DNA of 64,000 nt from positions 62,001-126,000 of the forward strand of contig MU053594.1 of NCBI GenBank assembly GCA_013239625.1. Reading direction: 5' to 3'. Shown piece after piece: positions 1 to 12,545 of this stretch; position 1 is the stretch's first letter, and every line of letters begins with the position of its first letter. Made by a program: the position numbers and the translations under genes. The DNA comes from Lama guanicoe (taxonomy: Eukaryota). The notes beneath the pieces are model-generated. The model had not been told where the DNA came from. It did not search any database and worked only from the letters and a program-made list of their open reading frames with translations.

Positions 1-3000
1 CAGACGGACCAGTTGTACCACAGCATGCAGTGATACAGGAGACCCCAGTTCTGGCCCAGAGAAGCAGCCCTTCCTGGCTCTGTGGCCCTGGGCCGGGTGG
101 CTGCTGCCCTCGGCCTCATGTCTGCATCTGGGAAGTCCTGAGTATTCATGACTAAGCTGCCCTTTCCAGCACCGACGTCACAGTGCTGTTATGAGGCAAT
201 TGACAAATGTTATTGAGTGTGTAAATCCTACCAGTGTATGGTTTTCTATCAATCTGTAAATTTCAGTGTAACTCAGATACACAAATCAGCCATGGCCCAA
301 AGAAATCATTTATCAGGTCAAAGAACAGCACTTCCTCTGCTCTTCTGAAGAATGAATGGGGCTCAGTCTTAGGCTGGACTCCAAGGGCGTCTGTCTGCCT
401 GAAGGGAATGTGAACGAGGAAGAGGGAGTAGGTGTGGCAGGGTTGATGGAGAGAGGTTCTAGGTAATGTGCGCAGGGTCCATGCAAACATCTGGACCCTC
501 ATTTGCATCAGTTCTACCTGGAGATAGTGACCCGCACCACACCCACCTCCCACCCCCAAGGGCAGGCAGCACTGCCAAATTTGGCTGGCACGGCATGTAC
601 AACTCACAAAGTCCCAATTTAAAACAGGTTTAATTTTAGCCAAAAAAAAAATGGGAGGAAGCCAAGGCTAGGGTGGAACAGGAGGCAGGAGGGGCGACAC
701 AGACCCAGGGTATTTATTTCACCCAGGTGACGACTGGGTCTGAAATGATGAGACACAAAAACCCTCATGTTTACACCTGTGCCATTTCCATACCAATTAG
801 CTCTTTAATAGAAAGGAAAGAGCAGGATCAGAGGGGTACACAGCTGGAGAAGACGTTCAGGTGCTACACCTTCTTGGAGCAAGGCCCTTATTATCCTGAG
901 ATATAAGCAGTTTCTTAAATCAAAAGAGCAGAGGGATCTAAATATACTCGGGGTTTTTTTGGTAAGCCGGCCGTGACTGCTACATGTGTGTGCGTGTGTG
1001 TGAGTGTGTTCATGCACATGGACCTCAGATGGGCTTCTCACGTCCAGCTCCACCTGACCTCATCCAAGAAAAGCAGAGCTGCTTCTCCCCCTCCAGGCCC
1101 TGCAGCTGCTCTCCAGGGGAAGAAAATATCAAATTTAGGGGGCCTGTGAAAACCTCAATTTAAACTGGAATCTCCTCCCACCCTCCACCCCCCTGCTCTG
1201 AAGCGCAGATCCTTTAGACGTGTCTCTCTACTTCCTCTGACCCCCAGGATGACTCTTTCCTAAAACACCATCTCCAACCCTGGGTAGCCTTTGTAACCAC
1301 ACACCAAAACTGTCACAGAAACTGCCACCTTTTTCCCTTCCCCGTCTTTCTCCTCCCTCCCCTCGGGTCATTGCTAAAAAAGTGACAGTGCTGCATCATC
1401 CATTGTGCAGGAGGAAAAGACAGACGGAGACCAGCAGCCCCGGACTGACTCACAGCAAAGGCAGGAAGGCTCTGTCTGCATCTCAAGAGGCTGGAGGGGG
1501 TGTGGGGAGGGGATCAGGACAGCAAGAGGACAGAAAGGAAGCAAAAGCCCTGACCGTGACATCGGCAGGGGCGACTCCCCCTGTGCTATCGCCTAGGGCT
1601 TGGCTCCTTTTCAAGGGATCTACTGAAGAAAGCACAGAGATCCCTCTCTAGCTCTCCTCCTGGGCATAAGTTGAGTATCACTTGGGGTGAGTCCTGAACT
1701 CCCAGCTGTCCTCAGAAGACTAGCTAGGTACACAAGGAGGGCCCAGCCTACCCAGCCCGAAAAGCGTCAGCCCTCTGACCCCCTGCGAGTGACAGCTGCT
1801 GGAGAGTAGGAGACAAGTCCTGCCATTTCCTTTACTGCCTACACCCTCTTTCCCAAAATGGGTAGAGAAGGCTGAGAAAACATCTTTGGAAGACTTGCCT
1901 CAAACCAAATTAGCCACAAGTCTGTGTGCTGGTCACCTACTGCTGGGGCACCTTTAAACATCTGCTCAGTTACAGCTTCCCAAACCAAGCCAGGAGCTAA
2001 AAACCTTAGCATCTAGCCTTCTTGTCAATTTCAGCCTCATCAGTTCCAGTCTCCTTATCCAGCCCTCCCCACCCCTTTTCCCTTTCCTTCTTATCTACTT
2101 AGAATCTTGGAAGGCACCCTTGTATCAACGTAACCTTCCATTTCCGCCAGGGAAAGGCGGAATATTAGGGTTTCATATCGTTAGTCCAGGGAGCAAAGAG
2201 TTCTCAATGAATAACAAAAGGGGGCGGAGCTGGAGCAGCTGATTCAAATTTGTTTTAAAACTAAGCTATGGATGGGTGATTACTTGTCTCAAAGCACACA
2301 CCCCTGCATGTGCGTGCGTGTGCACTCGTACACATACACACACACCCCCAGCTCAGTCTCTTGGGGAATGTGGCCACATCCTCAGGCAGCAGTAGCTAGC
2401 AATGCTGGCTCCCAGAAAACTGTGTATTTGTTTAGCAGTGGGCTGCAGACACAAGTGCATTTCATTACTCGGCACCTCCAGCTACAGTAAACAAATTTGT
2501 CAGCTCACTAGCTCATTAAGGTGCACCCCGGACACAGGGGATTTATTGAGACCTGCACAATAAAAGTGACATGAATGGATTTACTAATTTTGTCAATCAC
2601 TCCAACAAACGAGCTGAAGAGGGGGAGAAAGGGGCGAAACTGGGGGAAAGAAAGGAAAGAGGAAAAAAGGAAGAAGAAAGTTGAGTTTGGTTTGCAAGAG
2701 AGAATCAGCGGGTTAAAATGGGGCCAGATCTGTGCTTCGCTGCCTGGCTACACGACTGCCTCCCCGTTCCATCTACCCCTTGCTGGGCCGCCCTGCCCAG
2801 GGCGCACGGGCCCCTGGCAGAAAGGTGCCAAGGGCAACTGCAAGCTGTCAGACCAGGTCCCGGATCCCTGGCGGTGCTGCACCAGTGGGAACACGCTCCC
2901 AAGTAGCAGCCTCCTCCGCATCAGAAGGGACTAGCTGCCTCTCCTGGAACCTCCAACCCACACTGCAGTCCATCCCCAGCCCAGCTCCTGGACCCTTCCA

Positions 3001-3229
3001 GACATTCCAGAACGAATCCAAACTTCCACCACAAGGGCAAGGAGAGGAAGAAGGAAAGGGAGCCGGTGTGAGTGGAGTTGGGGCAGGGGGGAGTAAATCC
3101 GGAGAAGTATGCGGCCCTCTGGTCTGTAACTTTCAAAATGACAGCAGGACTGGGGCAAAGGTCATGGGGTCCAAGGCCTTAAGCACCTCCGCCAGCTGTG
3201 GCGGTGCAGCCCGGAGCCCGCAGGACGCC

Positions 3230-3420
3230 TGCCCGTATAAATCAGCCGCAAGCAGCACCCGCTGGGGGCGAGGACAATGGGCCCCCACGGGGGTGGGAGG
3301 CAGGACAATGGGGCCCGGCCAGTGCGCAGGCCCGGAACAAATGCGCCCTGGCACCACGGGGGCCCCCATTTGTGAAACTAATTGGCCCACGATTGAAAAA
3401 TTGGACCAACTTCAACAGCC
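3230..3420. promoter_or_regulatory. CpG-rich enhancer-like element with SOX and PBX-HOX motifs
   Basis: AGGACAATGGG twice (3271, 3302), ATAAATCA (3237-3244), CTAATTGG; repeat-free. Confidence 0.45.
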
Positions 3421-4089
3421 CCGAGAGGAGAGGGCGGCCCGTAGTCACCTAACCTAGCCCAGCTCTGCAGAGCCGGCCTGGCCCAGCCCTGGGGGTCTGA
3501 AATGAGAGCAGCTCTCAGGTGCTGCCAGCTCACGGAGGGAGGGAGATGGGACCTTTGAGATGGGGCTGGCCGTCTGGGGAGGAGGAGGGGCTGGGCAGGT
3601 GGGCATCTTGCCTCCTGGAAGGACCGGTGCCCAGCTTCTCCTCCCAAGAGCAGTGAAGGACTGACTTTCTCGGTTTCTCTACGCTGCCTGTTCTGCAGGA
3701 TAAAGCTCCAAGGAAAGAGGCAGGTACCTGTTTACCCTCTGGGTTCCGGAAACCAAAGGGCTCCCGACTTCCCTCCTTTCGGGGTAGATGGGTACAAATA
3801 AACACAGAGCTAAAAAGGGCTCCTTCCTCCGTCCAGCCTCCCTGGCGTGTGTTCAGCTCCACGTCCTCCGCCTGTGGCTGCTGTGGGAGGCCTGCAGCTC
3901 TCTGTAAGGCTGCATAAGAGCTGGCCTGTAAGCAGCGAGGGTCCCTCAGCCTCTAACTCACCTGGTCCTAAGGCTTCTGGGAAAGAAGCCCTGAAGTGTG
4001 TGATGGGAAGTCAGGCTGGTGTGTGAGAGGTCCGGCCTCCTGCCCTATCCTTTCCTGTGATTTCTCACTCCAGGGTCCCCAATGAAGAG

Positions 4090-4270
4090 ACGGAAAGCAC
4101 TGGAGTCTTTGGCCAGAAGGCCTGTCCTCAAGTCCTGGCTCAGTGGCTAACTTGCTGTGCACTCCCAAGTAGGTAACTGGACCTCTCTGGGCCTCAGTTT
4201 CCTCACCAGCAAAATGAAGGTGGAAGTAAATGATTTTCAAGGGTTCCCCACACTCTCACGATCTCTAATT
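4090..4270 (+). mobile_element. MIR SINE
   Basis: MIR core acctctctgggcctcagtttcctcaccagcaaaatg. Confidence 0.8.
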
Positions 4271-7200
4271 CTAGGCCTACTGCAGAGGATGCTGGAAGGC
4301 TGCAAGGTCTTTCTCCCACTGAGACGCATTTCTTATATTCTCCTTCAAAATCTCACTTAATAGCCTTATTTCAGTTAAAAAGAATCTTGGGTCTTCATTG
4401 GGAACCACTGTTTTAAACAAAGGGACAGTTACAGGCGAGGCACAGAAAAGACAGAAGCGTGACGGAGCATTTGCTTTGACCCATCCAGGTCTCTCCCTCT
4501 GAGCCCCCAAGCAGCCCTGAGAGATGGGGGTGTTTTGAAAGATGGGGAAAGCGAGACTCAAAAGAATCTGATGGGCCCATTCTCTCAGGGAGCCACCAGT
4601 GACCAGCCAGTACCTCCCAGAACTGACCATACACCCAGAAGGGCAATTCTTGAGGCGCTGGGTCCAAGAGTGCCTTTCGGCCTCTCTGTGCTGGGCGAGG
4701 GCCAGGCTGCTGGGGTGGCAGAGGGGAGCAGGGTCTGTCTCTCCCATGCCCTCCACACCGGGTGACAGAAAAAACAACCGAGAGGGTGGCTCAGAGAACC
4801 AGAGCCTCTGAATCCAGTGGTTTCATTTCCTTACAACGTTGCCCAATACATAGTTGGCACTTGAATTCTGAGCAGTGTGTTGAGAGCTTCCTGGGAGGAT
4901 GTCGAGCTTCCACCTGAAGATGAAACCCAATTTCCTGATTTGTACAATAACTCATCACCGGGTCTCTTTCCTCTCTTGTCTTCAGCAGCACAAGACATTT
5001 TCAATAGAGAGTCCATCTCTCCAGTTTCAGGCATCCCCAGTCATCCTGAAGCCCCTAGGGAGGTACCAGGGCCCAGACGAGGGGTCTTTGGGAAAGAAAG
5101 AACTCAGCTGGGGTCTGATCTAAAGTGTCCTGTAAATCCCCGTGGCTCCCAGAGATGGTGAGGTGGAGGCAGAAGGAGACCCACATAGAGGAGAAGGGAC
5201 GGACAAGGAGAGAGAGAGACAGACCTTTGCAAGACAAAGACCCAGAGACAGAATGGGGAGAGGAGAGGAACAGGGACTGGGGGAGACAGAAATCCAAAAC
5301 AAAATGAAATACTGATTGTTTCAGAGCCATTTAAATATCAGCCAAACATTGGGCACTGAAAAAGAAAAACTGCCCCACATAAACAAATAAAACCAAACCA
5401 AAAAAAAAAAAAAAAAAAAATACTGACATTTTAATGGTTCCTCTCCTCCCCCCCCCAGAAGATGATTACAAATTAAGCAGCATTTAAATGCTTTTTACTG
5501 TCAACAATTAAAAGGAGGGCTGTGAGCCTGAGAGTGTGGCAGCCATTCATTCCCACGGTAACCAGGCAGGCCCTCCCGCACTGTACCGCGCACAATGGCC
5601 AAACAGGGAGAAGTGCACACACCGTTAATTTTGCAGGATATTCTAAGCAAATTAAAAAAATTAAAAGCTCTTGGCACAAAGAGAGACACCACGAGTGAGG
5701 GCAGGGCCAGGAGGCCAAGCTCACGGAGTTAAAGTCTTAGCCACGGCAGAGTTTAAGCACAGTCTGATTACACCTTATTCGAGGCAGCGTTGCGTTCGGT
5801 GTACATACTGTGTGTTGGCAGGGAGGTACGGGGTGGAGGTAGCCTTCCTGGGGACAGAAGAATAAACAATTAAGAGAGCCCGGGAGCTCCAGGCCAGACC
5901 TCAGGCCCCAGGCAGTAGGTAGAAGACACATTAGCTGCTCCAACCTGGGCTTCCCAGCAGGCATCGGTCTGCCCACGGCCACCCCTCCAGCGCCTGAGCC
6001 ACAGCCTTCTCTGCGGGCCCACACGCAGGGACCAGGTGATCTTAACTTCACTCTGGTTCGAGGAAAGGATTTCATTCCAGGCTGGACCAAAGAACAAATT
6101 GAAGTTCCCAGAAGCCGACTCTCTTCTTTCAATACCCACACTGTCACTATCAATTCATGCCCAACCCCTGCCCCCCCAGCCCAAGACCGCCAACACCCGC
6201 GTCTTCCCAAAAAGCTAACCCTCATTCCGGGCTGGGTCTCAGTGCATTTTATTGCTAGACCCCTGTTTCAGCCAACGCAAGACGGATTCTCACCATGAAC
6301 CCCTATCATCACAGGTGCCTCTTAGAGTAACGGGAAGACAAAAAACTCAGCCCCCTGGCTAAACGGGAGAAAAGCAAAGATAAAAAAAAAAAAAGGAGTG
6401 TGGGGTGGGGAACATGGACACAGCCACCAATTTCCTTTCCAGTCCTTCGGAGAGGAGGACGGAAAGCAAGAGAAGTGAGCTGGTGAGAGTGAGAGGAGGC
6501 TGGGTTTAGAAGGAACCGGGTACATTTCTGTCCTGTGAAGTTTAATATGCAGGAGGGGCCGCACCGAAATAAAAGAGACACGTCCCCTTTAAAAGGAAAT
6601 ATAATTTACAGTGTGCAGCCAGGCGGCCCATAGTTTCAATCTCGTTTACTATAGAGAAAACTCTGCTAGCTGTTCTCTATCCCACAAATCCGATTTAATC
6701 AGACAAGCCAGCCAGCGTGGCTTGGAGTAAAAACGGATAATTAGTAAACAGAGAGCTACTCCAGTGCTTCATTGGCATTCGAGTTGGGCTACTGTGTCGC
6801 ATTTAAAATGCAGTCTGATGAAGTTTACAAAATCAAACCATTTGTTACTCCTATTGAAGAGGCTTCAGGCCACTTGCAATTAAATTGGAATTAGTGCTCA
6901 GAATGAGACACAGCAAATTCATACTAAAAAGGGATCTGACTTTGAGACATTTGACTTCACTTCAACAGTTTCTGTGTGAGTGTGTGTGGGGGGGTTACGA
7001 AAGAACTCCTCACTCGCCCCGACTCTGCAGGGCTCCCCAACTCTGTGAGCCTGCCCCCCACAACCTGCCACTTTCTGGGCTGGCTGCGAGGGAGGGGGCA
7101 GCGGGGGAGGGGACGGACAGCTGACACTGGGGAGCCAGGCCCTGCATTCACACCAGGAAGATACTGTACTAGGGAAAATGTGTCCACAAAGGACCATATG

Positions 7201-7969
7201 GCTCCCTTCTGCATTGAGCCTTTGGACAAGGGGGTGGGAGGGGGGCGGGGAAGCTGCCAGAAGGCACACTTCCAGGGGCGCCGGCCCCGCCCACTTCAGA
7301 CAGCAGGCTGGCAGCTTGGGGAGAATGGGGGCACTTCTTCCCCTTTGGCTCAGTTCCTGCGATGCTCCTGCCTTCCCTCCCTCCAGGGTCCACGCACAGG
7401 GAAGGTTTCCAACACCACGTCCTACTCATCAGCCTACTCCCGGCCAAGCACTGCCCTTCTAGGCAGAAAAGGTGGGGCAAACCGTCTTGGCAGGGCTCTT
7501 AACCTCGAGGGGGCAAAACCCCCAAGCCATCTAGGGATAGAATTCAGGAAGTTGGTGAACCTGGGAGGGGAAAATACTCCATCTTGATTTCCACCGACCT
7601 GTAACTGAAATTCAGCAGTTCCTTCAGTGGGGCATGAAAGCAGTGGGATTAGCTGTACCTGTCACTTGGTCGTCCACAGGGAGCTGGACATTTTCACGCC
7701 GCATTAAAAGTGTTGCAGTTATCTCGAAACATTTATGCAACCCAGATATTAGACCACTGTTTGAGCTTGTTCACGGGATAACAAAGAATCACACGTATAC
7801 TGTGTTACAAATGGTTTAAAAATATCTTGCTAGCTGTACTTAAAAGTTTCCATCCATAATCTTATGGATTTCACTTTATGCGTCTAGGGGCATTATTCTG
7901 AAGGATTTACAGGTTTCACCAGATTTCCCAAAGGGCGCACGGCACAAAATGTTCAGAATTCCTGGTCTC

Positions 7970-8172
7970 GGGGCTCGGGGTAGGAGTGAGGAGGAGTCAT
8001 CATTCAATGGGGGCAGAGTTTCAGTTTGGGAAGATGAAAAAGTTCTGTGGATGGATGGTGGCGACAGCTGCACCACAATGTGACTGTACTTAAGGCCACT
8101 GAACTGTACTCTTACAAATGGTTAAAATGGTAACTTCTATGTTGTATGTATTTTACCAAAAAAAAAAAAAAA
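7970..8172 (+). mobile_element. Old L1 (L1MB-like) 3' end with poly(A)
   Basis: cagagtttcagtttgggaagatgaaaaagttctg...ggttaaaatgg; poly(A); degenerate target-site duplication agaattcctggtctc (7955-7969) / agaatccttagtctc (8173-8187). Confidence 0.88.
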
Positions 8173-8434
8173 AGAATCCTTAGTCTCAACTGCTCCAAAG
8201 TTACTTGTGCTTCTACAATCCCTCTGCTGCCCGGAAGTATCTAGACTTACATCCAGTTTCATTCTTTCTAAACTTTTCCATCTGCAGCTTAGACCAGAGC
8301 TGCACGCTCAGGCTCCCGGGAAGCAGGGAGCCATCCTGAATGCGTCCTGAGAAAGGACACGGCCAGAGGTCCAGGCTCTCTGCTCAGTTCGGTGGTTGCC
8401 AAACAGCCTTGGGTGAGTCACTCCAAATCCAAGT

Positions 8435-8600
8435 TTACCGTCTCCCTCTCCCCATTAGAATGAAAGCTGCTCGAGACCAGGGACCTCATTTCTCTAATAT
8501 ATAGCTGACAGGTTCTTGGACCTGACAGGTGTCTGATGAATATTTACCGGATGGAGGGAAGGACGGATGGGCGGATGAAGGATTAAACAAATGAATTTTC
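8435..8600 (+). mobile_element. L2 3' end fragment
   Basis: cccattagaatgaaagctgctcgagaccagggacc...tgaatattta resembles the L2 tail. Confidence 0.6.
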
Positions 8601-9884
8601 TCTCTCTGGCCCTCAATCTCATCTGTGACATAAAGAGGGTAGGCTCTGTGATCCTTTAAAGCTCCTGCAGTCCCCGCGGGGCTCCATCTGCTCACCAGGC
8701 TCCCCACCTACTGCCCACACCCTTCCCTCCAGCGCGCAGCCCCTAGAAGTCGACAGTGAGTGGTGCATGCAGACAGGTGGGGGACGGGCTGTGGCAGGAG
8801 CCTGTCTGATGTGGAAAACTGAGGGTGATGGACCAGTGCCCTGGGCCCCACGACGTTCCTGTGGACCTCAGGCCCTGCCACACCGAGAGGAAACAGGCTG
8901 GAGATGATGGTGGGAGATGGAGGACAGTGAATTCACAGACTTGCTGAACAGACAAGCAGCAAGACGGAGGCCTGAGAAGGGGCTTTTCTGTGGTTACCAA
9001 GCGGCACTCAATGGCTTTTAAAGCCCAGAAGGAGGAGATCGTCCTTTTTGCTATTCAGGGAGGGTGGGAGAGGAATTTGTGGTCAAGAACAAAAACCAAA
9101 ATGGTCCACCAGCCTTTCCCACTTCCCTGAAATCTGATCTACCCTCCTTCCAAGCTGGCTGCAATCCTGACTTTCTAAATCTATCCCAGGGAAGGAAGAT
9201 GGGGTATCTGGCAGACTCAAGCCTGGGCCTCAAGCCCACATTAGGTGGTGGGCATGCTCCTCCAACAATGGATGGGCAACCCGGTCCTCCCCTGACCACG
9301 TGCACATGCACACACACACCCCTTGACGCCCAAGGAAGGTCTGCAGAGAAACCCAGCTTCGGATTCTAACAAGGAAAGGCAAAGCACAATGTCCCTTATG
9401 TGTGGTTTGGGGTTCTGCTTTCTCCCGGGTGGGTTCTTTCTCCCAGGTACCTCCCCTTTCAAGTCCTCCTCTGGAGTTTCTGGGCCACTCCCTGCCAGGA
9501 CTGGAGTTGAGGTTGGCTCCAGAGCAGGTGGGAAAACTGATGGCTGACTTCCCCAGGCCACAGCCAGGTGTCCAGCACCCCGATCTCAAAGAGCCAGAGA
9601 AGACACCTCTATACTGTCCGACACAGTCAAGCACCACTTGATTGCCAAATCTTCCCATCCTACCTCTTTTCCAATTATCTCCATCCCCCTCTTTGGGTGG
9701 CAGTCCTTTTATTTCCCTTGGAAGACAGCACTGAAGTGTCACTTTTAGCACCATTCGCTCATTCCCTCGTGAACTCAAGCACCTGGCGTTTCTTGAGTTC
9801 CAGTTCTGCACAGGCGTCAAATAATACCAAGGCCTCGATGCTAAGAAGGCAACTTCTTCCCTTAAGAAGCTCACAGACTTAAGA

Positions 9885-10128
9885 AGTAAAGCGTAAGACA
9901 CCTCGACTTTGAGGTCAGACAGATCCTGGGTTCAAATCCTGACTGTGCCATTTATTTACTAGATAGAGAATCATATGCAAATTTCCTAGTATCTCTGGGT
10001 CTTGGTTTCTTCATCTTTATTAGAGTCGTAACACCCACAATACAAGGTCACTGGGAGGATCAGAGAAAAGATATGAAAGTGTCTACCACAGCGCCAGATG
10101 GTAGGGAATCAATAAATGGGAGCTGTTT
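9885..10128 (+). mobile_element. MIR SINE, near full length
   Basis: gtcagacagatcctgggttcaaatcctgactgtgcca...caataaatgggagctg. Confidence 0.85.
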
Positions 10129-10299
10129 AGAACAGTGATCCAGGAGCCTGGCTGAGGGCTATGTGGAGACAGGGATGTAAAGTGCACTGTGGTGTTTTAA
10201 CTTAGGTACCCGGAACCGAACAGGACCGCTCCAGGAGATGCTCGCAGAGAACACTCCAGGCCTCTCATCATAAGAGCTATTCCTTTAAGGCATTAAATT

Positions 10300-12545
10300 G
10301 AAACCTCCTTCCTATCCTCCAAGTTCTCTCATCCAGTGACTCTCACCAGAACTGGTCTCTAGTCCCCAACCACCCCCAGAACGTCCTTCCTCTCCTTACC
10401 TCTTTCCCCACCAGTGCAGACTTGAAGGCCCATGGTTCAACTACCAGCTGCCTCCCAGCCAATTCCCGAACGCCCGTGCCCACTTCCCTTCCACTGTCCC
10501 CACCCTACCAAACGCTAATCTTGGATCCGTCTAACTCATCACCTTCTCCACTCCTGGAGCTGCCTACACATACTGCCTCTGCTTCCCAAGTGCTCATTGA
10601 CTCTTTAACCCGCCATGATCTCATTCTCGCCTCCATCATTCTATGAAGACCAAAACTGTTTGCCTGTAATAACCAATGACCCCCATATCACCAAATCCAA
10701 CATTTTCCCAGTCTTCCTCTTGGCAGGAATTGATGACTACTTTTTCCTTCCCATGACTCCGCCCTCTCTTGGTCCCGGACCCTCCATGTCTTCCAGCAAC
10801 TCCTTTTCAACCTCCATGATGGAGTGTGACTGTTCTTGAGGGCACAGTATGTTGGCGTTCCTCTGGATTCTGTTCTAATTTCCCTCTCTTGTTAGACACT
10901 CTTGTTTCGTAAACTCACCCACTTCCAGGGCTTCAAGGATCATTTATAGGCTGATGACTTCAAAATACACATGCCCAGTAAGCCTCTCTCTTCCGAATTC
11001 CAGATAGAACTGTATCCAAATGCCTCCCCACGGGATATCACACTTGCCTCACCACTGTAAAACCGAAACTGCATTGTGCTGACGACAACAGCAAAGCTTT
11101 GCTTCTCCTTCAGTCAAGAGCCCCCCTGTCACCCACTGGACCCTACGCAGGGAAAGGGGCCATCACCCTTGATTCCGTTTTCTCTCACTTCCCACAGTAG
11201 ATCAGTTATCAAATCTCTTCAGCCTCCTAACTATCTCAAAAATGTTTCCATTTCTCATCCATCCCCACTGCAACTACCCTGGTTCAAGCTGCCATAACTT
11301 CCTGCCTGGATCATGGCAATACTGTCCTAACTAGTCTCCCGGCGTTCGGCTGAAACCCCTCCAATCTGTTCACAACCGTGTAGTCAAAGTCATTTTTCTA
11401 AAACATGATTTGGTGTCAGTCTCCTGGTTAAGACCTCATCATGGCTCCCCAGCGTGCTCAGGTAAAAGGCAGAGCTACTTAAGGGGTGTTCAGGAGCCTT
11501 TCACATTTTTAAAAACACTTTTTATTGAGTTATAGTCAGTTTACAATGTTGTGTCAAATTCCAGTGTAAAGCACAATTTTTCAGCCATACATGAACATAC
11601 ATGTATTCATTGTCACATTTTTTTTCGCTGTGAGCTACCACAGGATCTTGTATATCTTTCCCTGTGTGATACAGTATAATCTTGTTTATCTGTTCTACGT
11701 TTTGAAATCCTAGTCTGTCCCTTCCCACCCCCTACCTACTTGGCAACCACAAGTTTGTATTCTATGTTTATGAGTCTGTTTCTCTTTTGTATTTATGTCT
11801 TTTTGTTTTTTTAGATTCCACATATGAGCGATCTCATATGGTATTTTTTTTTCTCTTTCTGGCTTACTTCACTTAGAATGACATTCTCCAGGAACATCCA
11901 TGTTGCTGCAATTTGCATTATGTTGTCATTTTTATGGCTAAATAGTATTCCATTGTATAAATACACCACATCTTCTTTATCCAGTCATCCGTTGATGGAC
12001 ATTTAGGCTGTTTCCATGTCTTGGCTATTGTAAATAGTGCTGCTATGAACACTGGGGTGCAGGTGTCATTTTGAAGTAGCAGGAGCCTTGCACACTGAAT
12101 GCCCATCCACCTCTCCCGTCTCAGGTCTCGGCCCTCTTCCCTAACCCACTTTCAGTTCTGTGAATCTACCTTATTGTCGCCCAGCTCTGGGCATTGTTCC
12201 ACATGGACCTAAACCTTGCATTCTCCCCTTTCTCCCCAACTACCTCATCTTCTTTCCTTAATAATTTCTTCTCATCTTTCAGATGACACCACCTCCAAGA
12301 AGCCTCCCCAATCCCCCATCCAAGATGGACGCCTCTGTGCGCTCTTACAAAACCTCACGCCTTCCTATGATGACATTTCTCCTGTACGTGACTTGCTTGC
12401 TTACTTATCTTTCCCCCGTAAGACATGAGCCCCAGAAGGACAGGAATTCTGTCTTGCCACCTCTGTGTTCCCGGGGCCTAATATACTACTAGGTACATAA
12501 TGGGTGTTTGATAAATATTTACTGAATGGATAGATAAAGAAATGA
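10300..12545 (+). mobile_element. Long L2 LINE remnant interrupted by a younger L1
   Basis: L2-like motifs (accaatgacccccatatcaccaaatccaa; ctgatgacttcaaaatacac) and terminal ataaatatttactgaatgg. Confidence 0.8.
11506..12079 (-). mobile_element. Young 5'-truncated camelid-type L1 (ORF2 C-terminus + 3' UTR)
   Basis: ORF2-like DTCTPVFIAALFTIAKTWKQPKCPSTDDWIKKMW in ORF 11918..12106; 15-bp target-site duplication caggagcctttcaca (11491-11505) / caggagccttgcaca (12080-12094). Confidence 0.93.

Noticed and set aside
2732..3457. 241-aa ORF and similar long ORFs (6976..7587, 9230..9901, 20032..20595, 51433..51951)
   Set aside because: No recognisable domain, composition follows GC-rich codons, many non-ATG starts; expected by chance in a GC-rich intron.
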